Of a DNA stretch of 64,000 nt, positions 51,549 through 62,291 are shown one piece after another. The notes under the pieces are model-generated. The model saw nothing but the letters and a program-made list of their open reading frames with translations. It ran no database searches and was not told the DNA's origin. A program made the translations under genes and the position numbers. How positions within the stretch are numbered: position 1 is the first letter of the stretch; the number at the start of each line of letters is the position of its first letter. Source of the stretch: an uncultured Alphaproteobacteria bacterium (GTDB lineage: Bacteria > Pseudomonadota > Alphaproteobacteria > Rhizobiales > Aestuariivirgaceae); NCBI GenBank assembly GCA_963787895.1, contig CAWBEX010000008.1, positions 540,390-604,389 of the forward strand. The letters run 5' to 3'.

Positions 51549-52937
51549 ATGAACCATCAGGCCAGCAAGAATGATTTCAGCGAGGTTATTGAAGCCGACC
51601 GTGCAAATGTCTGGCATCACCTGACCCAGCACAAGAAGTTCGAAACGGTTGACCCGCTTATCATCATTGAGGGCAAGGGCATGCGTGTTTGGAACACCGC
51701 AGGCCGCGAGCATCTTGATGCCGTATCGGGTGGTGTGTGGACAGTCAACGTTGGTTATGGCCGCGAAAGCATCGCTGATGCAGTGCGTGATCAATTGGTA
51801 CAGCTCAACTATTTTGCCAATTCGGCGGGCTCAATTCCCGGCGCCTTGTTTGCCGAAAAGCTGATTGCAAAGATGCCCGGCATGAGCCGCGTCTATTATT
51901 CGAACTCAGGCTCCGAGGCCAACGAAAAGGCCTACAAGATTGTGCGCCAGATTTCGCACAACAAACACGGCGGCAAGAAAAGCAAGATCCTGTACCGCGA
52001 CCGCGACTATCATGGCACCACCATCACTGCGTTGTCTTCGTGTGGCCAGAACCAGCGCCGGGACCAATACGGTCCGTTCACGCCAGGCTTTGTTGAAGTA
52101 CCGCACTGCCTTGAGTACCGCTCGCAGTGGGGTGAGGTGGATGACTACGGCATTCGCGCGGCCAACGCCATCGAGGAAGTTATCCTGCGCGAAGGGCCCG
52201 ACACTGTTGGCGGCCTCATTCTTGAGCCGGTCACAGCAGGCGGCGGTGTCATCGTGCCACCGAAGGGCTATTGGGATCGCGTTCAGGAAATTTGCAAGAA
52301 GCACGACATTCTGCTGATCATCGACGAAGTTGTATGCGGTATGGGCCGTACCGGTACCTGGTTCGGCTATCAGCACTACGGCATCCAGCCTGACATTGTC
52401 ACCATGGCCAAAGGCGTTGCCTCCGGCTATGCAGCCATCTCGTGCACCGTCACCACCGAAGCCGTATTCAATGAGTTCAAGGCAGACCCGTCTGATCCGA
52501 TGAGCTACTTCCGCGACATTTCCACCTTTGGCGGTTGTGCGGCGGGCCCGGCGGCAGCGCTGGAGAACATGCGCATCCTGGAAGACGAGAAGTTGCTCGA
52601 AAACACCACGAAAATGGGCGAATACCTGCTTGGTGAATTCGACAAGCTGCAGGCCAAGCACAACATGGTTGGCCAGGTTCGCGGCAAGGGCCTGTTCTGC
52701 GGTATGGAGCTTGTTCAGGATCGTGACACTCGCGAGCCGATGCCTGAAACAGTTGTGCAGGCAATCGTGGCTGACTGTTTCGCCACTGACGCGGTGATTA
52801 TCGGTGCTACAAACCGCTCACTTGGCGGGTTGAACAACACGCTGTGCTTCTCCCCAGCGCTTATCTGCACCAAGTCAGATCTTGATGAAGTTGTGGCTGC
52901 CGTTGACCGGGCAATGACCAAGGTTGAAGCTGTCTAG
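51549..52937 (+). CDS. tpa: Class III aminotransferase, taurine--pyruvate aminotransferase-like
   Basis: ADRANVWHHLTQHK, LDAVSGGVWTVNVGYGR, SGSEANEKA, DEVVCGMGRTG, TMAKGVASGY; closely resembles roseobacter Tpa as I recall it. Confidence 0.8.
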   Translation: MNHQASKNDFSEVIEADRANVWHHLTQHKKFETVDPLIIIEGKGMRVWNTAGREHLDAVSGGVWTVNVGYGRESIADAVRDQLVQLNYFANSAGSIPGALFAEKLIAKMPGMSRVYYSNSGSEANEKAYKIVRQISHNKHGGKKSKILYRDRDYHGTTITALSSCGQNQRRDQYGPFTPGFVEVPHCLEYRSQWGEVDDYGIRAANAIEEVILREGPDTVGGLILEPVTAGGGVIVPPKGYWDRVQEICKKHDILLIIDEVVCGMGRTGTWFGYQHYGIQPDIVTMAKGVASGYAAISCTVTTEAVFNEFKADPSDPMSYFRDISTFGGCAAGPAAALENMRILEDEKLLENTTKMGEYLLGEFDKLQAKHNMVGQVRGKGLFCGMELVQDRDTREPMPETVVQAIVADCFATDAVIIGATNRSLGGLNNTLCFSPALICTKSDLDEVVAAVDRAMTKVEAV

Positions 52938-53053
52938 ATATCTGCACAAGGTTCTGCAAAAATCATTGTGGCCACCTGTGCGTGCACGGGTGGCCTTTTT
53001 TGAAGTGCGCGCTTGATCTTCAATCACTTATGTGTAATTTCGCGGCCTGCGCT

Positions 53054-53143
53054 GGTGAGGTGGCCGAGTGGTTGAAGGCGCACGCCTGGAACGCGTGTGT
53101 GCGGGAAACCGTACCGAGGGTTCGAATCCCTCTCTCACCGCCA
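53054..53143 (+). tRNA. tRNA-Ser (anticodon GGA)
   Basis: GGTGAGGTGGCCGAGTGGTTGAAGGCGCACGCCTGGAACGCGTG..long variable arm..GGGTTCGAATCCCTCTCTCACCGCCA, 90 nt. Confidence 0.97.
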
Positions 53144-53380
53144 TTCTTCCAAATTCTGTCTTGTCCAAAAGCGCTGCCATGCGCGTGTTTGCATTAACCC
53201 ACAGACTTGCAGGCCTGCGAGCGTCCGAGGCGCACTATGGCGCCCGGTCAACCGCTTGAAGCGGCGGAGGCGATATGTATGCAACGCGCCCATCAATGCC
53301 CTGTCGGCCAATTCGAGCAGAATGTTTGTATGTGTGAGTCACATGCACCGGCATAATTCCAGCAACACTGAAACCAGTCG

Positions 53381-54886
53381 TCACCTGCCGGTTCTGTCCG
53401 ACAGCGTGCGCTGTACCGCATCAGCCCATCCGCCAAGTTTTTTGGCCCGGACGGTTTTGCTCATATTTGGTGTGAAGCGGGTGTCCAGTGCCCAGGTCCT
53501 GGCAAACTGTTGCATGTCTGGCCAGATGCCTGCCTGAGACGCCGCCAGCCATGCCGCACCCAGCACAGTGGTTTCCAGCGATGTCGGGCGGTCAACATAA
53601 GCGTTGAGAATGTCGGCCAGGCGCTGCATCGTCCAGTCTGAAGCAACCATGCCCCCATCAACACGTAACACGGTTTTGCGAACGGATGAGCCGGACCAGT
53701 CTCGCTTCATGGCCGCCAGGAGATCGTGGGTCTGGTAACACACCGATTCAAGCGCAGCGCGTGCCAACTCGTTACGGCTGGTGGCCCTGCTCAGACCGTA
53801 CAAGGCACCGCGGGCATTGGCATCCCACCAGGGAGCGCCAAGCCCGGTGAAGGCTGGTACCATGTAAACGTCCTGATCCGCATCGGCCTTTGCGGCCATA
53901 TCCCCGCTGTCTGCTGCATCTTTCAGTATCGACAGACCATCTCTCAACCACTGCACCGTTGCACCCGCCATAAAGATCGAACCTTCAAGGGCATAGGTGG
54001 TTTTACCGTCAATTCGATAGGCAATCGTTGTCAGCAACCGGTTCTTTGAACGAACCATGTCCTTGCCCGTATTTAGCAGTGCGAAGCACCCGGTCCCGTA
54101 GGTGGATTTCATCATGCCCGGTTCGAAACAGGCGTTGCCAATTACGGCAGCCTGCTGGTCGCCGGCAACGCCAAGCACTGGGATGGCCGCACCCAATACC
54201 GCCGCATCAGTGACGCCGAACTTCGCCCGGCAATCAAGCACCTCAGGCAGCATGGCGGCCGGGACATTCAGCAGGTCGAGAAGCTGCTTGTCCCATTTGC
54301 TGGTCTTTATGTTGAACATCAGCGTGCGTGACGCATTGGTTGCGTCGGTGACGTGGCTGCGCCCGCTGGTCAGCCGCCAGATCAGAAAGCTGTCAATGGT
54401 GCCAAAGGCAAGCTTGCCCGCTTCCGCTTTTTTGCGCAGCTGCTTCGAACGGTTAAGTATCCATGCCACTTTGGTGCCGGAGAAGTAGGGGTCAAGCAAC
54501 AGCCCTGTCTTTGCGGTAACGGCGTTCTCATGCCCTTCCCGTTTCAGCTTCGCGCAAAAATCGGCCGTGCGGCGGTCTTGCCAGACAATCGCATTGTACA
54601 CAGGCTTGCCGCTTTCACGGTCCCAGACAACAGTAGTCTCGCGCTGGTTCGTGATACCAATTGCAGCAATGTCGCTGGCGTTGATGCCCGCCTTGCCGAT
54701 CGCCTGCCGGCAGGTTTCGACAACGCTTTGCCAGATGTCCTCGGGGTCGTGTTCAACCCAGCCTGATTTGGGGAAGTGTTGTTTGAATTCCTTCTGACTG
54801 ACCGCGACCACATTCTGCCGGTCATCATAGACAAGCGCCCTGGAAGAGGTGGTTCCCTGATCGATCGCAAGTATGTATTTGACCAT
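53381..54886 (-). CDS. glpK: Glycerol kinase
   Basis: [51 protein letters not shown]. Confidence 0.97.
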   Translation of the reverse strand: MVKYILAIDQGTTSSRALVYDDRQNVVAVSQKEFKQHFPKSGWVEHDPEDIWQSVVETCRQAIGKAGINASDIAAIGITNQRETTVVWDRESGKPVYNAIVWQDRRTADFCAKLKREGHENAVTAKTGLLLDPYFSGTKVAWILNRSKQLRKKAEAGKLAFGTIDSFLIWRLTSGRSHVTDATNASRTLMFNIKTSKWDKQLLDLLNVPAAMLPEVLDCRAKFGVTDAAVLGAAIPVLGVAGDQQAAVIGNACFEPGMMKSTYGTGCFALLNTGKDMVRSKNRLLTTIAYRIDGKTTYALEGSIFMAGATVQWLRDGLSILKDAADSGDMAAKADADQDVYMVPAFTGLGAPWWDANARGALYGLSRATSRNELARAALESVCYQTHDLLAAMKRDWSGSSVRKTVLRVDGGMVASDWTMQRLADILNAYVDRPTSLETTVLGAAWLAASQAGIWPDMQQFARTWALDTRFTPNMSKTVRAKKLGGWADAVQRTLSDRTGR

Positions 54887-54889
54887 TTT

Positions 54890-56455
54890 CTAGCCTGCCG
54901 TGCCCAGCTTCATGGATTGTGATTTTTTCTGTATCGCTTGATGCATGAAATCCTGCAATGCGGCGTGATCCTTCTTGGCAAAACCAATTCCCAGCTTGGT
55001 ACGCCTGAACAGCACATCTTCAGCTGTGCGGGCCCATTCATGGCTCATCAGGTATCGCACCTCGGCTTCGAACAAATCCTTGCCGAAGCACTTGCCAAGG
55101 TCGGCAGCGCTGTCGACATTCGCAAGTACCATCTTTGCCCTGGTGCCGTACAGTCTGGCAAGCCTGCGCAACAATTGCTCATCAATGCCGTGATGACGGG
55201 TAGTCAACTCGCCAACAAGTTCGTCAAACCCGGTTGTTGGAAAATCGCCGCCTGGCAGGGTGGAACCGGCTGTCCACGCCAGGCCACGTTTACCCAATGC
55301 GGCTTCAATCCGTTCAAGGATAGCTTCAGACAGCACACGGTAGGTAGTGATCTTGCCGCCGAATACATTGATCAGTCGCGCACTTCCGTCGGTTTCGCTG
55401 TCCTCACCGATAACGTAGTCCCTTGTTGCTTCTTGTGCCTTTGTGGCTCCGTCATTGTACAGCGGCCGCACACCGGAATAGGACCAGGCAATATCATTGC
55501 TGGTTACCGGGCACGCGAAATATGTGCTGGCCATTTCGCAAAGGTATTCCTCTTCATCATGGGTGATGGTCGGTTTGCCCATCTCTGTTCCATGATCCAC
55601 ATCGGTGGTGCCGATCAACGTGAAGTCCCTTTCATAAGGGATTGCGAAGATGATGCGACCATCCGAGTTCTGGAAAATATAGGATTTGTCGTGCTCGTAC
55701 TTCCTGTGGATGACGATGTGGCTGCCCCTGACCAGACGTACATTGTGTGAGTCATTGCGACCGAAGACCGTTTTCAACACCTCGTCAATCCACGGTCCGG
55801 CGCAGTTGATCACCAGTCTGGCTGTCACCATGCACTGGATGCCTGTCGCGCCGTCTTCAAGTGTAACTTGCCAGTTGTCTCCTGCCCGGCGGGCCTGAAC
55901 AGCCCTTGTCCGCGGTAGTATGCTGGCGCCCCGGTCTGCAGCATCGCGAGCATTTAGAACTACCAGCCGCGAATCCTCGACCCAGCAATCTGAATATTCG
56001 AACGCGCGGTGATACTCTCGCTTCAGGGGTTTGCCTGTGGGGTCATCGTGCAGCGCCAGCGTTTTGGTGGCAGGCAGCAGCTTTCTGCCACCAAGATGGT
56101 CGTAAAGGAACAGACCCAGCCGCAACAGCCAAGCTGGCCTCAACCCCTTGTGGTGCGGCAGTACAAACCGCATTGGCCAGATAATGTGTGGCGCCATCTG
56201 CCACAACACCTCGCGTTCCATCAGCGCCTTGCGCACCAGGCCGAATTCGTAGTGTTCCAGATATCGCAAACCGCCGTGAACCAGTTTTGTCGACGCTGAG
56301 GAGGTGCCGCTACCAATGTCGCCGGCCTCGCACAGACAAACAGAAAACCCACGTCCTGCAGCGTCCCTTGCGATGCCGCAACCATTGATCCCACCGCCTA
56401 TTACGAGTACATCGTATTCGCTCGCGTTGGCGTTGACTGTGGGGTGCTTGTTCAT
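54890..56455 (-). CDS. glpD: Glycerol-3-phosphate dehydrogenase (FAD)
   Basis: VIGGGINGCG, GTSSASTKLVHGGLRYLE, GGKITTYR. Confidence 0.96.
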   Translation of the reverse strand: MNKHPTVNANASEYDVLVIGGGINGCGIARDAAGRGFSVCLCEAGDIGSGTSSASTKLVHGGLRYLEHYEFGLVRKALMEREVLWQMAPHIIWPMRFVLPHHKGLRPAWLLRLGLFLYDHLGGRKLLPATKTLALHDDPTGKPLKREYHRAFEYSDCWVEDSRLVVLNARDAADRGASILPRTRAVQARRAGDNWQVTLEDGATGIQCMVTARLVINCAGPWIDEVLKTVFGRNDSHNVRLVRGSHIVIHRKYEHDKSYIFQNSDGRIIFAIPYERDFTLIGTTDVDHGTEMGKPTITHDEEEYLCEMASTYFACPVTSNDIAWSYSGVRPLYNDGATKAQEATRDYVIGEDSETDGSARLINVFGGKITTYRVLSEAILERIEAALGKRGLAWTAGSTLPGGDFPTTGFDELVGELTTRHHGIDEQLLRRLARLYGTRAKMVLANVDSAADLGKCFGKDLFEAEVRYLMSHEWARTAEDVLFRRTKLGIGFAKKDHAALQDFMHQAIQKKSQSMKLGTAG

Positions 56456-57246
56456 GCAGCACCTGCGCGCTGGAGGGGTTGCTCTGCTGCGACCACCAGT
56501 TTCACCTGCATGGCCTTGCAGGATTGGACGAGCCGCTTTGGAGGCGTCTCGTCGGTAACAAACACATCAATATCCGCCAGTGTCGCGATTTGCACCGGAG
56601 CCCGGCGCTCGAACTTGGTTGCATCAGCTGCCAGTATCTTTTTCCGGGCCTGACCCAGGATGGCCTGCGATACGCGTACTTCGCGATAGTCAAAGTCGAG
56701 CAGTGAACCGTCTTCATCGATCGCCGATGCACCGATCACGGCAAAGTCCACCTTGAATTGGCGGATCAGATCTATCGCTGCCGCGCCGACGATGCCGCCA
56801 TCGCTCTTGCGCACCATGCCACCTGAGACCACAACCTCGACCCCCGGCGCGTCCGCCAGAATGTAGGCAACGTTCAGATTGTTGGTGATGACCATCAGGC
56901 CCTGGTGCCGCCGCAAGGCGTGAGCAACCTGTTCTGTCGTGGTGCCAATGTTCAGGATGAGCGAGGAATTATCGGGGATCTGGTCGGCAATCACGCTGGC
57001 AATTCGCAGCTTGCCCGCGGCTGCTATTTCCCTTCGCGCCTGATAGGCAACGTTCACAGTGTTGGACGGAAAGACTGCTCCGCCATGCACCCGGTGAAGC
57101 TTTTCCAGTTCGCATAAATCGTTGAGATCCTTACGAATAGTCTGCGGAGTCACCTCGAACTGCAATGCCAAGCCTTCAACGTCCACGCGCCCGTCGCGTC
57201 GCGCAATCTCGAGAATGTCCATCTGTCGCGGTGGCAGGGGTAGCAC
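56452..57246 (-). CDS. glpR: DeoR-family glycerol regulon repressor
   Basis: FEVTPQTIRKDL, RVHGGA, NIGTTTE, ITNNLN; co-transcribed with glpD-glpK. Confidence 0.9.
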   Translation of the reverse strand: MLPLPPRQMDILEIARRDGRVDVEGLALQFEVTPQTIRKDLNDLCELEKLHRVHGGAVFPSNTVNVAYQARREIAAAGKLRIASVIADQIPDNSSLILNIGTTTEQVAHALRRHQGLMVITNNLNVAYILADAPGVEVVVSGGMVRKSDGGIVGAAAIDLIRQFKVDFAVIGASAIDEDGSLLDFDYREVRVSQAILGQARKKILAADATKFERRAPVQIATLADIDVFVTDETPPKRLVQSCKAMQVKLVVAAEQPLQRAGAA

Positions 57247-57397
57247 GGTTTGCCCTCTCTCTTGTTTTCAGAATAATTGCGTTTTCTTTCGAATAAATCA
57301 ATCGGTTCGCTATTGACTTTCGTTTTTATTCGTTATGTCCTTGCGTGGTGCCGCACCGCCGTCAAAGAGTGCGTATCAAGTTGTTGGAGGAGAGATT

Positions 57398-59134
57398 ATG
57401 AAAAAGCTGCTTCTGGCGTCGGTAGCGATGTTTGCGCTTGGTGCATCATCCATGCCGTCGTGGGCCGACATGGCCGCCGCAGAAAAATGGATCGATAGCG
57501 AGTTTCAGCCATCGGTGCTTTCCAAGGATGAGCAAAAGCAGGAGATGGACTGGTTCATCAAGGCCGCAGAGCCTTTCAAGGGCATGGAAATCAACGTGCT
57601 CTCGGAAACCATTCCAACCCATGAGTATGAATCCAAAACGCTGACCAAGGCGTTCGAGGAAATCACCGGCATCAAGGTCAATCACCAGCTGCTCGGTGAG
57701 GGTGAGGTCGTGCAGGCTGTGCAGACACAGATGCAGACCAACCGCAATCTTTATGACGCCTACATCAACGACTCTGACTTGATCGGTACGCACTCTCGCC
57801 TGCAGCAGGCAGTTAACCTGTCTGACTGGATGGCCGGAGATGGCAAGGACGTCACCAACCCAATGCTTGACGTTGATGATTTCATCGGCAAATCGTTTAC
57901 AACCGGCCCTGATGGCAAGCTGTACCAGCTGCCCGACCAGCAGTTCGCAAACCTGTACTGGTTCCGCAAGGACTGGTTCGACAAGCCGGAACTGAAGGAA
58001 CAGTTCAAGGCCAAGTATGGCTATGAGCTTGGCGTACCGGTCAACTGGTCAGCCTATGAAGACATTGCCCAGTTCTTCTCCGAAGACGTCAAGGAGATCG
58101 ACGGTGTGCGAATTTATGGTCATATGGACTATGGCAAGCGTGCCCCTGACCTTGGCTGGCGCATGACCGACGCCTGGTTGTCGATGGCCGGGTCTACTTC
58201 TCCAGGTTTGCCGAACGGGCGCCCGATCGATGAATGGGGCATCCGCATGGAAGCCGGTTCGTGCAATCCGTCCGGCGCATCCGTTTCTCGCGGTGGCGGC
58301 ACCAACGCTCCTGCATCTGTCTATGCAATCGCGAAATGGGACGAATGGCTGAGGAAGTACGCCCCTCCCGGTGCGGCTGACTACGACTTCTATCAGTCAC
58401 TGCCAGCATTGGCGCAAGGCAATGTGGCCCAGCAGATATTCTGGTACACCGCCTTCACAGCCTCGATGGTTGCGCCCAAGTCTGCCGGAAACAACACGGT
58501 TGATGACGAAGGAACGCCGCAATGGCGCATGGCACCATCGCCGCATGGACCTTACTGGAAAGACGGCATGAAACTGGGTTATCAGGACGCAGGTTCCTGG
58601 ACCATTTTGAAGTCCACACCGGCAGACCGTGCCAAGGCTGCCTGGCTTTATGCCCAGTTTGTGGTGTCCAAAACCGTTGACGTGAAGAAGTCCGATGTGG
58701 GTCTGACCTTCATCCGTGACAGTACCGTGCGTCATCAGCACTTCACCGACCGGGCACCGAAACTTGGTGGCCTGATCGAGTTTTACCGCTCTCCGGATCG
58801 GGTAAACTGGACACCTACCGGCGTCAACGTTCCGGATTATCCCAAGCTTGCACAATTGTGGTGGCAGCAGATTGGCGATGTGAACTCGGGAGCCTTCACC
58901 CCACAGCAGGCCATGGATCGCCTGGCGGGTGAAATGGACACCATCATGGGTCGCATGCAGGCTGCTGACGAACAAGCCAAGGTATATGGCGGATGTGGTC
59001 CGCGCCTGAACGAGGCCAAGGATCCGTCCGAATGGCTCGGCAAGGAAAACGGTCCGGCAGCCAAGCTCGAAAACGAGAAGGAACCTGGCCAGACCGTCGC
59101 TTACGAGGAAATCGTCAAGCGCTGGCAGCAGTAA
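57398..59134 (+). CDS. glpV: Glycerol ABC transporter substrate-binding protein (GlpV-like)
   Basis: Signal peptide; SETIPTHEYES, QLPDQQFANLYWFRKDW, GYQDAGSWT; in the glp cluster; ATG at 57398 after GGAGGAG. Confidence 0.8.
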   Translation: MKKLLLASVAMFALGASSMPSWADMAAAEKWIDSEFQPSVLSKDEQKQEMDWFIKAAEPFKGMEINVLSETIPTHEYESKTLTKAFEEITGIKVNHQLLGEGEVVQAVQTQMQTNRNLYDAYINDSDLIGTHSRLQQAVNLSDWMAGDGKDVTNPMLDVDDFIGKSFTTGPDGKLYQLPDQQFANLYWFRKDWFDKPELKEQFKAKYGYELGVPVNWSAYEDIAQFFSEDVKEIDGVRIYGHMDYGKRAPDLGWRMTDAWLSMAGSTSPGLPNGRPIDEWGIRMEAGSCNPSGASVSRGGGTNAPASVYAIAKWDEWLRKYAPPGAADYDFYQSLPALAQGNVAQQIFWYTAFTASMVAPKSAGNNTVDDEGTPQWRMAPSPHGPYWKDGMKLGYQDAGSWTILKSTPADRAKAAWLYAQFVVSKTVDVKKSDVGLTFIRDSTVRHQHFTDRAPKLGGLIEFYRSPDRVNWTPTGVNVPDYPKLAQLWWQQIGDVNSGAFTPQQAMDRLAGEMDTIMGRMQAADEQAKVYGGCGPRLNEAKDPSEWLGKENGPAAKLENEKEPGQTVAYEEIVKRWQQ

Positions 59135-59185
59135 GAAACCTGACGGGTGCGCAACTCCTCCCGCGCACCTGCACGCCACACACGC

Positions 59186-59212
59186 GAAGCCCGGCAAGAC
59201 TTGCCGGGCTTC
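59186..59212 (+). other. Intercistronic stem-loop after the substrate-binding protein gene
   Basis: gaagcccggcaa / ttgccgggcttc perfect 12-bp stem with a 3-nt loop; typical mRNA stabiliser/attenuator position in ABC operons. Confidence 0.6.
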
Positions 59213-59270
59213 ATTTCACGGCGCACACTGCCGCTTCGATGATGGTCACCGAAAACCAGGACGGCCAGGC

Positions 59271-60350
59271 ATGGCACTTGAACTGAAAAACGTAAGCAAG
59301 ACAGTTGGTACCGAGGTGCACATTCACCCTGCAAACCTCAGTTTTGCACCGGGCAGTTTCAACATATTGCTGGGCACCACGCTTGCCGGGAAGACCACGC
59401 TGATGCAAATCATGGCCGGTCTGGAAAGTCCGACCAGCGGCGAGGTGTGGTTTGACGGGCGCAATGTCACCGGAGTGCAGGTGCAGAAGCGCAATGTCTC
59501 AATGGTCTACCAGCAGTTCATCAACTACCCGAACCTGTCGGTGTTTGACAATATTGCCTCGCCGCTGCGGGTGGCGCGCCTTAGTCGTGACGAGATCAGC
59601 CGTCGCGTCGGCGAGATGGCAGAGCTGATGAAGATAACCGAAATGCTCAAGCGGCGTCCGTCGGAGCTTTCTGGTGGTCAGCAGCAACGCTGCGCAATGG
59701 CGCGCGCTCTGGTGAAGGACAGCGATCTGATCCTGCTCGACGAACCATTGGCAAATCTCGACTTCAAGCTGCGCGAGGAAATGCGCGATGAATTGCCGAG
59801 ACTATTCGCCGAGCGCAACTGCGTTGTGGTGTACGCCACAACCGAACCGACAGAGGCGCTATTGCTGGGCGGTCATACAGCAGCGATGCACCAGGGCCGC
59901 ATTGTGGATTTCGGAGCCACGGGTGACATCTACCGCCACCCTGCATCCCTTACTTCTGCACAGGTATTTTCCGAGCCACCCATCAACACTGCACAGGTTG
60001 CCGTCAAGGCGGGCAAGGTGCAGATGAACAGCCAGGTCTCCTGGATGGCCCCGGTTGGTCTGGCTGACGGCAGCTACAAGATCGGAATTCGCCCGCATCA
60101 TGTTTCACCACTGCGGCGTGCAAAGTCCGACGTCGTGATAGATGGCACCATAAAAGTGGCAGAACTTTCCGGCTCTGAGAGCATCATCCACTTTGATGCT
60201 TATGGTGACGGTTGGGTGTCTCTGTCGCATGGTGTGCATCCCTTTGCCAGCGGTGCAGCGGCAACACTTTATGCCGACATGACGCAGTGTTTCTATTTTG
60301 ACACTGGCGGCCAGCTTGCCAGTTCCATGCACTCCCGGAAGGTGGCGTGA
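59271..60350 (+). CDS. glpS: Glycerol ABC transporter ATP-binding protein (GlpS-like)
   Basis: LLGTTLAGKTT, LSGGQQQR, LLDEPLANLD. Confidence 0.8.
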   Translation: MALELKNVSKTVGTEVHIHPANLSFAPGSFNILLGTTLAGKTTLMQIMAGLESPTSGEVWFDGRNVTGVQVQKRNVSMVYQQFINYPNLSVFDNIASPLRVARLSRDEISRRVGEMAELMKITEMLKRRPSELSGGQQQRCAMARALVKDSDLILLDEPLANLDFKLREEMRDELPRLFAERNCVVVYATTEPTEALLLGGHTAAMHQGRIVDFGATGDIYRHPASLTSAQVFSEPPINTAQVAVKAGKVQMNSQVSWMAPVGLADGSYKIGIRPHHVSPLRRAKSDVVIDGTIKVAELSGSESIIHFDAYGDGWVSLSHGVHPFASGAAATLYADMTQCFYFDTGGQLASSMHSRKVA

Positions 60351-60351
60351 C

Positions 60352-61428
60352 ATGGCAAAGATCACCCTCGATGACCTAAGGCACTCATACCAGTCCAATC
60401 CGCTCAGTGATGCAGATTGGGCGTTAAAGCGCCTCGACCTGGAGTGGGATGATGGCGGTGCCTATGCGCTGCTTGGGCCATCTGGTTGCGGCAAGACAAC
60501 TCTACTCAACATCATCTCGGGCCTGCTTACCCCGTCGCACGGCAAGGTGTTGTTCGACGGTAAAGATGTGACCGGCTTGCCGACGGAGCAGCGCCAGATT
60601 GCCCAGGTTTTCCAGTTCCCGGTCGTCTATGACACCATGACCGTCTATGACAATCTTGCCTTCCCGCTGCGAAACCGCGGCGTTGACGAGGCAACAGTCG
60701 ACAAGCGTGTTCGCGAGGTGGCAGAGATGAACGATCTGACCGCCACGCTCAACAATCGCGCCCGCGGGTTGACGGCAGACGGCAAGCAGAAGATTTCACT
60801 TGGCCGCGGACTTGTGCGTACGGAAGTCAATGCAATCCTCTTCGATGAACCCCTTACCGTGATTGACCCACATCTCAAATTCCAGCTGCGATCGAAGCTG
60901 AAGGAACTGCATCAGCGTGTCGCCATGACCATGATCTACGTGACCCATGACCAGACCGAGGCTCTCACCTTTGCCGACAAGGTGGTGGTGATGAACGTGG
61001 GTGAGGTGGTGCAGATCGGCACCCCGGAAGAATTGTTCGAGGAGCCGCATCACACTTTTGTAGGTCATTTCATTGGCTCACCTGGCATGAACGTGCTGCC
61101 GTGTGAAATCGCCTCCGAAGGAGCTGTTGTAGCCGGCAACAAGATTGCGACTGCCAACAAGGCGCCCGGAGCTGTTGGTGCAACAGAGATTGGCGTGCGC
61201 CCGGAGTATGTGTCATTTGCGAGCAGCGGCTTGGCGGCACGGGTGGCCAAGGTGTCGGACGCAGGGCGATTTTCCGTTGTAGAAGCTGAGTGCGAAGCGG
61301 GTAGGGTCAAGTTGCTGGTGGAGGAAGGCGGCAGGATACCGTCAGAAAGAGCCCACCTTTCCTTCGACCCTAAAGCCACTCGCATTTATGTGGATGGCTG
61401 GCTCGCCGGGCGGGAGGGCCGTTCATGA
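60352..61428 (+). CDS. Glycerol ABC transporter ATP-binding protein (GlpT-like ATPase)
   Basis: GPSGCGKTT, LTADGKQKISLGRG, FDEPLT, YVTHDQ; ATG at 60352. Confidence 0.9.
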   Translation: MAKITLDDLRHSYQSNPLSDADWALKRLDLEWDDGGAYALLGPSGCGKTTLLNIISGLLTPSHGKVLFDGKDVTGLPTEQRQIAQVFQFPVVYDTMTVYDNLAFPLRNRGVDEATVDKRVREVAEMNDLTATLNNRARGLTADGKQKISLGRGLVRTEVNAILFDEPLTVIDPHLKFQLRSKLKELHQRVAMTMIYVTHDQTEALTFADKVVVMNVGEVVQIGTPEELFEEPHHTFVGHFIGSPGMNVLPCEIASEGAVVAGNKIATANKAPGAVGATEIGVRPEYVSFASSGLAARVAKVSDAGRFSVVEAECEAGRVKLLVEEGGRIPSERAHLSFDPKATRIYVDGWLAGREGRS

Positions 61429-62291
61429 GTACCAAGACCGTCAACCAAAAGGCGTGGTTCTTCGTACTGCCGGTACTGGTGCTTGTAGCATTCAACGCCA
61501 TTGTGCCGCTGATGACGGTGGTCAACTATTCAGTGCAGGAGACGTTTGGAGACAATGTCTTCTTCTGGGCGGGCCTGCGCTGGTTCGAAGAGATACTGCG
61601 GTCCCCGCGCTTTCATGATGCTCTCTCGCGTCAGCTCATTTTCACGTTCACCATTCTCGCCATCGAAATTCCACTTGGGGTGATTATCGCCCTTGCAATG
61701 CCGCGCAAGGGTCCGTGGGTCTCGGTTTGCCTGGTGTTGATGGCGATGCCATTGCTGATCCCGTGGAACGTTGTTGGCGCCATGTGGAACATATTCGGCT
61801 TGCCGGAACTGGGCTTGCTGGGCAAGACGCTCAATTCGCTGGGGTTCGACTACAACTATACGCGCCAACCGGGAGACGCCTGGTTCACACTCATCCTGAT
61901 GGATGTCTGGCACTGGACGTCGCTGGTGGTTCTGCTGGCATATGCCGGGCTGGTTTCAATCCCCGACGCCTACTATCAGGCGGCCCGCATCGACGGGGCC
62001 AGCTCGTGGGCGATTTTCCGCTTTATCCAGTTGCCCAAGATGAAGCGGGTGCTCACCATAGCCGTGCTGTTACGCTTCATGGACTCGTTCAACATCTATA
62101 CCGAACCTTCGGTCCTGACCGGGGGCGGGCCCGGCAACTCGACGACACTCTTGTCCATTGATCTGGTAAAGATTGCGCTTGGCCAGTTCGATCTTGGTCC
62201 GGCCGCAGCCATGTCCCTGATCTACTTCCTGGTCATCCTGCTGATGAGCTGGATCTTTTACACCGTCATGACGCGCGGGGAGGAAAGCTGA
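61425..62291 (+). CDS. Glycerol ABC transporter permease (GlpP-like)
   Basis: CUT1 permease with EAA-like loop YYQAARIDGAS. Confidence 0.9.
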   Translation: MSTKTVNQKAWFFVLPVLVLVAFNAIVPLMTVVNYSVQETFGDNVFFWAGLRWFEEILRSPRFHDALSRQLIFTFTILAIEIPLGVIIALAMPRKGPWVSVCLVLMAMPLLIPWNVVGAMWNIFGLPELGLLGKTLNSLGFDYNYTRQPGDAWFTLILMDVWHWTSLVVLLAYAGLVSIPDAYYQAARIDGASSWAIFRFIQLPKMKRVLTIAVLLRFMDSFNIYTEPSVLTGGGPGNSTTLLSIDLVKIALGQFDLGPAAAMSLIYFLVILLMSWIFYTVMTRGEES

